Positions 30,589 to 39,731 of a DNA stretch of 64,000 nucleotides are shown here, one piece after another; position 1 is the stretch's first letter, and every line of letters starts with the position of its first letter. Both the position numbers and the translations under genes were made by a program. The notes under the pieces were generated by a model that saw only the letters and a list, made by a program, of their open reading frames with translations, was not told the DNA's origin and made no database searches. Origin of the DNA: Bdellovibrionales bacterium (lineage in GTDB: Bacteria > Bdellovibrionota > FAC87 > UBA2466). The stretch is from NCBI GenBank assembly GCA_005776395.1, contig SXPJ01000083.1, positions 9,737 to 73,736 of the forward strand, read 5' to 3'.

Positions 30589-31491
30589 ATGGGCAATCTA
30601 AAGGAAAAATTATTCTCTAATACCCTAGTAATCACTGCTGAGATTACCCCTCCCAAAGGGATTGGAATTAAAAAACTAGTTAAACATGCAGAACTTCTAA
30701 AACCTTTAGTAGATGCCCTTAATATCACCGACTGTCAGCGCGCTTTAGTAAAGATGTCTAGCTTGGCCGCATGTCGTGTTCTCATGGATAACGGCATTGA
30801 ACCTGTGTACCAACTGACCTGTCGAGATAGAAATCGAATTGCCCTTCAATCAGATCTCATGGGAGCAGGCGCATTAGGAATTACCAATGTCCTTTGCCTT
30901 ACAGGAGATCCGGTTAAAGTAGGCGATTGCCCTGATGCTAAATCCGTTTTTGAACTAGAATCGATGAAACTTTTACAGCTTGCTCAAAAACTGCAAAAAG
31001 GAACCGATGACAGCGGGCATAAGTTAAATGCCTCGACCCGTTTCTTTTTGGGGGCAGCCATCAATCCAACCCTAAGAGGAAATACCCATCAACTTTCTCG
31101 GATGGCAAAAAAAATTGAGGCTGGCGCCTCATTTTTTCAGACTCAAGCAAACTATGACTTAGAGGATTTTAGATCTTTTAGCGTAGAAGCAAAACAGTTA
31201 CAGACTAAACTTATCGCAGGAATTTTAATTCTCCACTCTTACGAAGCCGCAAAATATATTCACGAAAACATTCCAGGGATACAAATTCCTCTCAATATTC
31301 TAGAGCGGTTTAAAAACTCGCCGAACCCAATTCAGACTGGAATTGATTTGGCCGTGGAAACTATGTTTCATTTAAAACCTTCAGTCGATGGATTTCATAT
31401 CATGTCCATTCGACAAGAAGAGCTTATTGCCAAGGTTTTGGAGACTTATCATGGAAAATATAGCACTCAAAAGAACCCCACTTTACTCTAG
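30589..31491 (+). CDS. metF: Methylenetetrahydrofolate reductase
   Basis: EITPPKG, NITD, QLTCRDRNRIALQSDL, LTGDP, GA.FFQTQ. Confidence 0.92.
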   Translation: MGNLKEKLFSNTLVITAEITPPKGIGIKKLVKHAELLKPLVDALNITDCQRALVKMSSLAACRVLMDNGIEPVYQLTCRDRNRIALQSDLMGAGALGITNVLCLTGDPVKVGDCPDAKSVFELESMKLLQLAQKLQKGTDDSGHKLNASTRFFLGAAINPTLRGNTHQLSRMAKKIEAGASFFQTQANYDLEDFRSFSVEAKQLQTKLIAGILILHSYEAAKYIHENIPGIQIPLNILERFKNSPNPIQTGIDLAVETMFHLKPSVDGFHIMSIRQEELIAKVLETYHGKYSTQKNPTLL

Positions 31492-32566
31492 TCATTTAGA
31501 ACTCAAAGCGAGAATGGTTCCATTTGCTGGTTATGACATGCCCGTCCAATATGTGGGTCTTCTTGAAGAGACTAGGGCCTGCAGAAAAGATATCGGACTA
31601 TTTGATGTGAGCCACATGGGACAATTTTCAATTCAAGGAAAAGCAGCCCTCGAAGAGGTTCAAAAACTTGTCACCAATGATCTTTCAAAAATTCAGATTG
31701 GGCAAGCTCAATACAATATGCTTTGCAATGAGGCTGGCGGAGTTATCGATGATTTAGTGATCTACCGTCGAGGGGAAGAGCATATTTACATCTGTGTTAA
31801 CGCATCTAACCGTGACACCGATTTTGCCTGGATGAAAAGCCACCTACCCCCCACAGTGTCCCTTGAAGACGAAAGCGATTCTACTGCACTCATAGCAGTT
31901 CAAGGTCCCAAAGCAGAAAAGCTTTTATCTACCATTGCAGATCAAGAACTGATTTACACCTTAAAATATTATTGGGCACGAGAAGGCTTAATCGCTGGTA
32001 TACCCACCTATATTTCACGAACGGGCTATACTGGAGAAGATGGTTTTGAACTCTATGTTCCCGCAGAGAAGGCCTCTTTTTTATGGAATGCTTTACTCTC
32101 TCACGGTAAGCCCTTTAACCTAACTCCCTGTGGATTGGGGGCCAGAGATACCCTCAGACTCGAAATGGGCTATCCCTTACATGGCCATGAATTATCACCT
32201 TCGATCACCCCATTACAGGCGGGGCTGTCTTGGGTAGTTAAACTTCAAAAGCCCCTACCCTTCATTGGCCAACCCGCACTAAAGGAAGAGGCGAGTGTAG
32301 GCCCCAGAAAACTTTTAAGAGCCTATCGTATCAACGACCGAAGAATTGCGCGTCAAGGATATCCAGTATTCGATAAGTCAGGAAGAAAAGTGGGAGAGAT
32401 CACAAGCGGAACTCACAGCCCTCACTTAGAGGCCCCCATTGCACTTGGATTTATAGATAAAGAAGTCGCCGAAGAAGAAACTTTATGGGTAGAAATTCGT
32501 CAGAGCAAAATCCAAATAACAAAAACAAAACTTCCCTTTGTGCAGTCTCATGCTAAAAAAGTTTAA
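31451..32566 (+). CDS. gcvT: Glycine cleavage aminomethyltransferase T
   Basis: RTPLY..H, FAGYDMPVQY, FDVSHMG, RTGYTGEDGFE, GLGARDTLRLE; start moved to ATG 31451. Confidence 0.95.
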   Translation: MENIALKRTPLYSSHLELKARMVPFAGYDMPVQYVGLLEETRACRKDIGLFDVSHMGQFSIQGKAALEEVQKLVTNDLSKIQIGQAQYNMLCNEAGGVIDDLVIYRRGEEHIYICVNASNRDTDFAWMKSHLPPTVSLEDESDSTALIAVQGPKAEKLLSTIADQELIYTLKYYWAREGLIAGIPTYISRTGYTGEDGFELYVPAEKASFLWNALLSHGKPFNLTPCGLGARDTLRLEMGYPLHGHELSPSITPLQAGLSWVVKLQKPLPFIGQPALKEEASVGPRKLLRAYRINDRRIARQGYPVFDKSGRKVGEITSGTHSPHLEAPIALGFIDKEVAEEETLWVEIRQSKIQITKTKLPFVQSHAKKV

Positions 32567-33432
32567 AATGTGTGGGGCTGATAACTTAAGTTAGAGCCCT
32601 GAACAGTTGCTCTTACGTAGAAGAAATCTTTTAGAGGCTCCATTCGTCTTCCTCCTCCTCCCCCCGCAACCAAATAGGTCACATTTTCAATCTCTTGTTT
32701 TATAAAGCTGTGGTAGTGACTCCCTAGCCAAGCCTTAACTCCAAATCGACTCATCATTTTCATGAGATGAGTGGCCTCTGTCTCATTTGAAAGCCTCAGA
32801 TAAGTTCTTTGTCCTGGAATTAACGGCATGTAGTGACTTAAAATAAATGTATGAGCGGGGCCCGTCTCTTTCAGGCGAGCTTCTAACCATTCAGTTTGTT
32901 CCTCACCTACAATTCCATCTGCAGAATCGATCACTAAAAAGCGGCAATTGCCAAAGGTTATCTCATAATGACTAGGCCCTAGAAGATCACGATAAGATGA
33001 CCACCCCTCATCAAAAATATCGTGATTGCCGATAACATAAATGGCTTTATCTTGAAATCCAAAATCATTCACCTGAGCTTTGAATGTTTCAAAATCTGCC
33101 CGGACTCCCTTATCCACCATGTCACCCAGAAATATAATAAAGGCATCCCCATTATCTCTAGCTGCCTGCAAAACGGTTCGAAGCCTTGAGGTATCCGTTC
33201 CCCCTAAGTGAATATCCCCTACAAATGAAAAGGTAAAATTACCTGTCGATACACCTGAAACACCAAAAGTAGGAACCGCTAAATCGGAACTTTCACGAAA
33301 ACGCAGTTTATGGCCGGATTTGGCCATGCATCCGACAAAAAAACACACCCCTAAGATAAAAACAAAAAAAAGGGGGTTTTTACCCCTTCTTAGGTTCATG
33401 AAAATGTATTGATGTATGAAATGTTTCATCAT
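32563..33432 (-). CDS. Calcineurin-like metallophosphoesterase, probable lipoprotein; start uncertain
   Basis: GDIH, GDMVD, GNHD, SHYH; FVGC lipobox-like. Confidence 0.85.
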   Translation of the reverse strand: MMKHFIHQYIFMNLRRGKNPLFFVFILGVCFFVGCMAKSGHKLRFRESSDLAVPTFGVSGVSTGNFTFSFVGDIHLGGTDTSRLRTVLQAARDNGDAFIIFLGDMVDKGVRADFETFKAQVNDFGFQDKAIYVIGNHDIFDEGWSSYRDLLGPSHYEITFGNCRFLVIDSADGIVGEEQTEWLEARLKETGPAHTFILSHYMPLIPGQRTYLRLSNETEATHLMKMMSRFGVKAWLGSHYHSFIKQEIENVTYLVAGGGGGRRMEPLKDFFYVRATVQGSNLSYQPHTF

Positions 33433-34324
33433 GAATTCGATAGTGATCGAAATATTGTTTTCTCACATGTTGCCGAAAACGATCGCACTCAGCTTCAACT
33501 ATATTTTCGGTTAATTCATTTTTCTTTTCTAGCTTCTTTAGCATAGCTCGAATCTCTGTCGCCTCCTGGATTGTTTGCATCCCTGTAGGATCTACACGAT
33601 AAACTGGAGACTGGGTGGTTTCACTTAAAAACAGAATAATTCCACTAAGCGCCAGACGATTGTATTCTGCAAGGTGATGAGAGTTCACCTTTCCCGTTGA
33701 AACCACATCTGTTCTTTTTACTAAAGCTTGCCACTTTTTTAATCTCTGAATGGCCAACATACTGCTAAATAAAATTTTATTCGTTTTAAAAGAAAAAAAT
33801 GTGTCTTTTAGCGCCCCATCTAACAATTGATCATGCCCATGGGTTCTTGGATTTCTAATAATCTCCTCAATCCCCTGCCATGCGTGCTCACCGTAATATT
33901 GATCTACACTCACTTCCCAAAAGGCGTGAGTAAAGCTCCCCCTCCCCGAATACTGAGAGATATTTTGGTAAGGAACAAAAAAGTTATGAGAAACAGTATC
34001 GGCCGCAAGATGGGAAAGATATCCATAGACAAAGGCCTTCTCAGCGGGGGTCTTTGCATGGGAAACAAGCCCCAACCCTACATCAAAGTTATGACAGTTA
34101 TAGAGATATTCAACATAAGCTTTTCCAATGGTAATATCTGCCGCAATACAACCGTACAAATAATCAAATCGAAACTCCTGAATTAGCGAACTTAAAGAGA
34201 CAGGTAAAAGATGGGCAAATGAAAAAATCTCTTTAGCATAAAAAAGATGGGTCGCTGGAGCCCAAGCCCAAGCCTCTCTGGGAACTAGCATACAAAGGGC
34301 TAACAAACTAAGGAGAGACTTCAT
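33380..34324 (-). CDS. Zinc-dependent phospholipase C/P1 nuclease superfamily protein, secreted
   Basis: Signal peptide then mature N-terminal WAPATH; G..AAD, GYLSHLAADTVSH, H..WE. Confidence 0.8.
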   Translation of the reverse strand: MKSLLSLLALCMLVPREAWAWAPATHLFYAKEIFSFAHLLPVSLSSLIQEFRFDYLYGCIAADITIGKAYVEYLYNCHNFDVGLGLVSHAKTPAEKAFVYGYLSHLAADTVSHNFFVPYQNISQYSGRGSFTHAFWEVSVDQYYGEHAWQGIEEIIRNPRTHGHDQLLDGALKDTFFSFKTNKILFSSMLAIQRLKKWQALVKRTDVVSTGKVNSHHLAEYNRLALSGIILFLSETTQSPVYRVDPTGMQTIQEATEIRAMLKKLEKKNELTENIVEAECDRFRQHVRKQYFDHYRIHDETFHTSIHFHEPKKG

Positions 34325-34405
34325 ATGGGCATCATAACTCTTTTTTAACCTTTTTCATCAACTCTTGTTGCCGGATCCCCTCCTCTTATTTATGCTTCGA
34401 TTGCG

Positions 34406-35104
34406 ATGGCACAGAATAACTCTAATTTAGTTGGGGAATACATGGCACTTTGGCAAGAGCACGGCATTGAAGAGATCCCATCTAAGAAAAAATCTAGAAC
34501 AAAAAGAAAACGGAAGCCACCTCAAACTCAACCACAATACAAATCCTTAACCGATTTACAGAATGAATTGAGAGATTGCCGTAGATGCGGACTCTGCAAG
34601 GAAAGAAACAAGATCGTTTTCGGTAGTGGTAATCCTAAAACTAAGCTCTTATTTGTGGGAGAGGGGCCGGGAGCCAATGAAGACAAAACAGGGCTTCCCT
34701 TTGTGGGGCGCGCAGGCGATCTTTTAAACAAAATTATTGAAGCTATGGCGCTGACTCGTGACGAGGTTTATATTGCTAACATCGTTAAATGTCGCCCCCC
34801 AAGCAATCGAGTTCCACTTCCAGAAGAGATCGAAGAGTGCCTCCCTTTTTTAAAAGCACAAATTGAATTAATTAAACCTCAAATGATTGTTGCGTTAGGA
34901 TTAACTGCGGCCTCAACTCTGACTGGAGAGGATGCAACGATGGGCATGCTGAGAGGAAAATTTCACAACCTTGTTTGGAATAACTCTATTCCTTTAATGG
35001 CGACCTATCATCCGGCCTATTTACTTAGAAATCCGGCTGCAAAGAAAGTGGTATGGGAAGATATGAAGCTTGTGATTAAGAAGATGGGACCCTCAAAAAA
35101 ATGA
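34406..35104 (+). CDS. Family 4 uracil-DNA glycosylase (4Fe-4S)
   Basis: CRRCGL, GEGPG..ED..G.PFVG, KCRPP.NR, TYHPAYLLR. Confidence 0.93.
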   Translation: MAQNNSNLVGEYMALWQEHGIEEIPSKKKSRTKRKRKPPQTQPQYKSLTDLQNELRDCRRCGLCKERNKIVFGSGNPKTKLLFVGEGPGANEDKTGLPFVGRAGDLLNKIIEAMALTRDEVYIANIVKCRPPSNRVPLPEEIEECLPFLKAQIELIKPQMIVALGLTAASTLTGEDATMGMLRGKFHNLVWNNSIPLMATYHPAYLLRNPAAKKVVWEDMKLVIKKMGPSKK

Positions 35105-36387
35105 ACCGTTTAAAGAGTTTTCTTCTTATCCTTTTATTCTCAGCGGCTAGCTGGGCCGAAACTGAAGCCTCAATAATTCAAGTTTCAGACACTATCAATC
35201 CAGGAACAGCGGACTACATCGTCGCTGAAATTAATAAAAGTAATTTGGCTAAGGCCCCCTATCTGATTCTGCAATTAGATACACCGGGGGGATTGCTCAA
35301 CTCCACCCGTAAGATTGTTCAAGCCATGCTCAATAGTAAGATCCCTATTGTTGTTTGGATTGGCCCTAAGGGAGCTCAAGCGGGAAGTGCAGGAGCCCTA
35401 ATCACATTTGCAGCGGATGTAGCCACCATGGCCACAGGAACCAATATTGGAGCGGCTCATCCTGTCGATGCAAGCGGACGATCTATGGATAAAACCATGA
35501 GTGATAAGATCACCCATGACACCGCAGCCTTTGCCAGCAGCTTAGCTAAGGCGAAAGGGCGAAATATCGAATGGGCTAAGGAATCGGTCTACTCAAATAA
35601 ATCCATTTCCTCAGATGAAGCGGTTAAACTTAAAGTAATTGATTTTATTGCTGACGATCTGACCGATTTAGAACTCAAACTTCGAGGCTACCGTCTCACA
35701 GTCCCGAAAGAGGGGATCTCTCAACTCCCAAGTTCAGCTCAAAAAACTCAGCTTTTTCCAGCTACGATTAAACAAAAGATCGTCTCTTTTTTCGCTAACC
35801 CTTCCCTAGCCTATCTTATTCTAAGCCTCGGAGGATTGTGTATTTGGATTGAGCTCTCACATCCTGGCCTGATATTCCCAGGTGTTTTGGGAGCTCTTTG
35901 CGTACTGATAAGTCTAGTCTCTTTTCAATTACTCCCTATTCGGTTTGGTGCTCTAGGCATGTTGTTATTGGGAATTGCTCTACTTATCGCTGAGCTTTAC
36001 GTAACCTCTTATGGGGTTCTTGGTATCGGGGGAATTCTTTCTTTTGTGTTGGGCTCTCTCTATTTAATGGATACAAATGTCCCAGAATTTCAGATCTCAC
36101 TTTCCCTTATTTTTCCAGTGGCCACCTGTTTAGCTCTATCGGTGTTTATCCTAAGCTATATTATTTGGAAGAGCCGCCATTTAAAAGTAGCTGACGGTTA
36201 TCACAGTCTTATTGGAACCACGACCGAGGCCCACTCAGAGATCACAAAGATTTCCGGAAATATTTTTATTCAAGGAGAACTCTGGTCAGCTCGTAGTGAG
36301 GATGGACTCCCTATCAAACAGGGGGCTTTAGTGCAGGTTCAAGAAGTTAGAGGATTACAACTTATAGTTAAAAAGAAGGAGAATTAG
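35101..36387 (+). CDS. nfeD: NfeD membrane-bound serine protease (long form)
   Basis: LDTPGG, AGSAG, IGAAHP, TM block, C-terminal OB with GELWSA. Confidence 0.92.
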   Translation: MNRLKSFLLILLFSAASWAETEASIIQVSDTINPGTADYIVAEINKSNLAKAPYLILQLDTPGGLLNSTRKIVQAMLNSKIPIVVWIGPKGAQAGSAGALITFAADVATMATGTNIGAAHPVDASGRSMDKTMSDKITHDTAAFASSLAKAKGRNIEWAKESVYSNKSISSDEAVKLKVIDFIADDLTDLELKLRGYRLTVPKEGISQLPSSAQKTQLFPATIKQKIVSFFANPSLAYLILSLGGLCIWIELSHPGLIFPGVLGALCVLISLVSFQLLPIRFGALGMLLLGIALLIAELYVTSYGVLGIGGILSFVLGSLYLMDTNVPEFQISLSLIFPVATCLALSVFILSYIIWKSRHLKVADGYHSLIGTTTEAHSEITKISGNIFIQGELWSARSEDGLPIKQGALVQVQEVRGLQLIVKKKEN

Positions 36388-36389
36388 AG

Positions 36390-37133
36390 ATGTTTAGTTT
36401 TGCATTTATCGTTTTGGTGTTTTTTGGCGGGCTTCTACTCTCATCAATTAAAGTACTTCAAGAGTACGAGCGGGGAGTTATTTTTAGATTAGGAAGGCTG
36501 ATTGGAGCTAAAGGACCCGGTCTTGTAATCCTTTTACCTGGAATCGATCGCATGGTGAAGGTTGGGCAAAGGGTCATTACAACCGACATCCCGCCACAAG
36601 ATGTGGTCACTAAAGATAACGTTTCAATTGCGGTTAATGCCGTACTTTTATTTCGCGTAATAGATCCAGTTAAAGCTATTCTCAATGTAGAAAGTTATCT
36701 TGAAAGCACTTACCAATATGCTCAGACCACATTACGATCGGTCCTAGGCTCTGTAGAGCTCGATGAAGTTTTAAGTGAACGAGAAAGTTTAAACAGAAGA
36801 GTTCAAGAGATCTTAGATCTTCATACCGACCCCTGGGGAGTTAAAGTTTCTGCGGTGGAGATTAAACAGGTAGATCTTCCTAAAGAGATGCAACGAGCGA
36901 TGGCGACTCAGGCTGAAGCTGAAAGACAACGACGAGCCAAGGTGATTGCCGCAGCCGGGGAGTTCCAGGCAGCAGAAAAACTGGTGGAGGCCGCTAAAGC
37001 CATCCAAGGCCACCCTGAAGCTCTTCAACTACGTTATTTGCAAACCCTTCAAGAGGTCGCAAGCGAAAATAACTCGACGACTATTTTCCCCATTCCTATT
37101 GATCTTTTTAGACCGTTCTTAGAGAGAAAATAG
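36390..37133 (+). CDS. SPFH/slipin (stomatin-like) protein
   Basis: [35 protein letters not shown]. Confidence 0.95.
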   Translation: MFSFAFIVLVFFGGLLLSSIKVLQEYERGVIFRLGRLIGAKGPGLVILLPGIDRMVKVGQRVITTDIPPQDVVTKDNVSIAVNAVLLFRVIDPVKAILNVESYLESTYQYAQTTLRSVLGSVELDEVLSERESLNRRVQEILDLHTDPWGVKVSAVEIKQVDLPKEMQRAMATQAEAERQRRAKVIAAAGEFQAAEKLVEAAKAIQGHPEALQLRYLQTLQEVASENNSTTIFPIPIDLFRPFLERK

Positions 37134-37160
37134 GGCTATTAATTTAAACCGATTCTTTCC

Positions 37161-37193
37161 CTCAAGGCTCTGATAAATATTCAGAGCCTTGAG
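37161..37193. terminator. Hairpin between convergent genes (probably bidirectional terminator)
   Basis: ctcaaggctctga / tcagagccttgag perfect 13-bp inverted repeat. Confidence 0.75.
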
Positions 37194-37203
37194 AGGTTAA
37201 AAT

Positions 37204-37884
37204 TCAAGCAACCGTTTCCGCTCTATACCGACGCTCAACTCCATCGAGAAAGTCGTATAAAGTATTTAATGTTTTCTCCACCACTTCAACGGCTCGATCT
37301 TCATCCTTCTCTGAAGTGCAGAGTTGAGAAAGTAAGTTCATTTCGGTCTCGGAATGATAGACATCGTAGACTTGGTGAGTCTTGAAAAACTCCACCGTTT
37401 TTTCATCACTCACTCCATAAAAACATTTCAAGCCATCGATCTTTGTACGAGCTACATCCGGCTGTTGTCTCTCATAAGAATATAGGGCCGCTAAGCCATC
37501 AATAGGATTTTCCGAACTCATATAATCTCTAAAAACCTTAAGAAGATTTTGAGTTTCATCGGAGAAAAAATGCTTCGGTAATTCTAAGCGATCCACCCCC
37601 ATACCTTCAGCAAATCGGCTCCATAATTCCAAGTGGTTCTCATCTCCTTGCTCTTCATGAATTAGATTTTCAAGAAGCGCTTGTCGCATCTTAGGATCTT
37701 CACATTTGGTGTGTAGAGCACTGAGAAATCTAGGAAACTCTTTTTCAAATGCATAATACTCTTTAGCATAACCCTGAAGCTCGTTACGGGATAACTCTCC
37801 ACAGACCCATCTTGTATAAAATGAATGGGACAATAAATGTTTCTGTTGAATTTTATCCTCAAGACGTGATCTTAAAGTGCGCAT
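37204..37884 (-). CDS. CADD family heme-oxygenase-like dimetal oxidase (putative pABA synthase)
   Basis: HLL.H.FY..W..GEL, EE.G..NH..LW, ALYSYE.Q.P..A..K..GL, H...D..H. Confidence 0.88.
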   Translation of the reverse strand: MRTLRSRLEDKIQQKHLLSHSFYTRWVCGELSRNELQGYAKEYYAFEKEFPRFLSALHTKCEDPKMRQALLENLIHEEQGDENHLELWSRFAEGMGVDRLELPKHFFSDETQNLLKVFRDYMSSENPIDGLAALYSYERQQPDVARTKIDGLKCFYGVSDEKTVEFFKTHQVYDVYHSETEMNLLSQLCTSEKDEDRAVEVVEKTLNTLYDFLDGVERRYRAETVA

Positions 37885-38027
37885 CTTCTCTCCTTTTAAA
37901 AAAAGCTACTATAACAACGAGATCTTTTTAAAGCACAGAAATTTTTCTATAAACAAATACCGCTTTGCGCCACCTTTCTAATAAAGTCTATTGCCATCCC
38001 AGGTTGGGCTCGTTAATTTGAGACTCT

Positions 38028-39200
38028 ATGCAAACAAAGGTTAAATGGTTTCTTATTATCGCCCTTCTAATCCCCTGTTGGGTTATCGGTATTAAGTATG
38101 AAATTGATCTTGTCGTTCTTCATGCCACCGCTCAGTTTCTTAATAATGACTTTACCCGGGTGTATATGCAAAATGGGGATTTAGGCCGCTATTTTTATGG
38201 CCCCTTCTCGCTTATTTTAATTAAGCCTTTAGGCTATTTGTCATTTCCTGTGGTTAAATATTTTTGGCTCTGCTTACAAACGGTCTGTTATTTTGCCTTT
38301 GGATCTATTCTTACCGACCTCTATCCTTTTCTAAAAGAGAAGAGGTATTTTTGGGGGTGGGTTCTCATTTGGATTATTGCTATTAATCCCATTCATAATA
38401 ATTACCAAAGCAATAACATTCAACTCATGCTCGCTACACTTTTGGTCTTAGCTGAAAAGCTAACAAGAAGTTCATCCTCTTCAAAACAGATCCTAGGTGG
38501 GATTCTTGTCACCTTTACTGCGGGCATCAAGGTTTTTCCTGCGTTTTTGGTGCTCTACTATTTCATTGCAAAGAATAATGCCACTAGAAAAGGGATTCTT
38601 TTAGGCGGACTTATCGTTATTGCAAGCCCCTTTCTTTTTTTAGGTCCAGACAAGGCTCTGTTTTTATACCAAGGATTTTTTAGTAATCTAATCACCTACT
38701 CAGCTGAAAACAGTCTAACCAAGATCAATGATATTCTTTGTCTCCCCTCTCTCCTTGCTAGAATAGGTTGGAGCTCTAAAGCCATTAATATTTGTGTTTT
38801 AATAATTTCAGCTCTGTTTTACTTGTGGGTTTATTTATCTAGACTTTCATTTAAGCAGGGAAGAACCGAATATCACCTTCTAGCGATGGCATGGGCTCTA
38901 AGTGTTCTATTAAACCCCAGCACTCGACCCCACTATTTTATTTTTTATATTCCTGCGTTCTGCTCGATTTTGGAGGTTATCTATTCAAACAGCTACTCAA
39001 AAGTTTTAACATGGGGGCTCATCTTCTCAACACTTCTTATTGCTTTTACAGCGGAGGGGGTTGTAGGAAAACAGTGGAATGAATGGTTAGAGCATGCAAA
39101 TTTTCCAACCTATGGAATGGTATTGCTCTGCTTAGTGCTGACAGTGGCAGTGCTAGCAACTCAGAACTCTCGAGACAATCAAAGAGTGCTTACAAATTAA
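38028..39200 (+). CDS. GT-C fold membrane glycosyltransferase, GT87/DUF2029-like
   Basis: Polytopic; YFYGP, N....N.Q, IK.FP and P....HY motifs. Confidence 0.75.
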   Translation: MQTKVKWFLIIALLIPCWVIGIKYEIDLVVLHATAQFLNNDFTRVYMQNGDLGRYFYGPFSLILIKPLGYLSFPVVKYFWLCLQTVCYFAFGSILTDLYPFLKEKRYFWGWVLIWIIAINPIHNNYQSNNIQLMLATLLVLAEKLTRSSSSSKQILGGILVTFTAGIKVFPAFLVLYYFIAKNNATRKGILLGGLIVIASPFLFLGPDKALFLYQGFFSNLITYSAENSLTKINDILCLPSLLARIGWSSKAINICVLIISALFYLWVYLSRLSFKQGRTEYHLLAMAWALSVLLNPSTRPHYFIFYIPAFCSILEVIYSNSYSKVLTWGLIFSTLLIAFTAEGVVGKQWNEWLEHANFPTYGMVLLCLVLTVAVLATQNSRDNQRVLTN

Positions 39201-39511
39201 TGACGCGAACGATGTCTTCGCCGGCTAGAGTGCTTTCGAGCATGATGGCGACGATGGCTCTTTTTATGTCCTGCTCTTGAAATACGATGTGAAGATCTTA
39301 CTGAAGATTGACCTGTGCCAAAGGTTTTCATGGAAAACTTAGAACCAAAGAACGGTATCTTCTGACCAAAAGAGGTAATCTGATAAGTTATTTTCCTACC
39401 AAATAATCCACGCTTATAAGCGGTAAATCCTCCATAGCAAAGCCCTACAATTAAAGCGATAGGAATAATTTTTCTAAAAAGCTGCTTTATTTTCCAAATC
39501 AATTCTGACAT
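39197..39511 (-). CDS. Small single-pass membrane protein with His/Arg/Ser-rich tail
   Basis: Start moved to ATG 39511 (GAGGAG SD); TM IIPIALIVGLCYGGF; tail HKKSHRRHHARKHSSRRRHRSRH. Confidence 0.7.
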   Translation of the reverse strand: MSELIWKIKQLFRKIIPIALIVGLCYGGFTAYKRGLFGRKITYQITSFGQKIPFFGSKFSMKTFGTGQSSVRSSHRISRAGHKKSHRRHHARKHSSRRRHRSRH

Positions 39512-39579
39512 CAACTCCTCACTCTCCAACAAGGCAGACAAGACTCAAACACGAGGGCGCTTCTGCCACGAGATCTCTA

Positions 39580-39595
39580 CGCAACTCCTATGCCC
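39580..39595 (-). promoter_or_regulatory. Sigma-54 promoter
   Basis: Minus strand GGGCAT-AGGAG-TTGCG; GG and GC correctly spaced, about 70 nt upstream of the start. Confidence 0.6.
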
Positions 39596-39666
39596 GAGAA
39601 CTTAATTTGTCTAGCCAAAGGGCTTAGTTGTTCGTTTCAAAGGGGTTAGGAGAGAATCAAGTCTTT

Positions 39667-39702
39667 TGTCCGAAGCTAAAACAGCTGTCTAATTGTTAAA
39701 CA
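39667..39702. promoter_or_regulatory. Tandem putative enhancer (bEBP) sites TGTC-N9-AACA
   Basis: TGTCCGAAGCTAAAACA (39667-83) and TGTCTAATTGTTAAACA (39686-702). Confidence 0.5.
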
Positions 39703-39731
39703 GCAGTGCCTATTTGGGAGCTACCCTTTAT

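Noticed and set aside
35101-37133. nfeD-slipin pair
   Set aside because: Well-described, widespread gene pair
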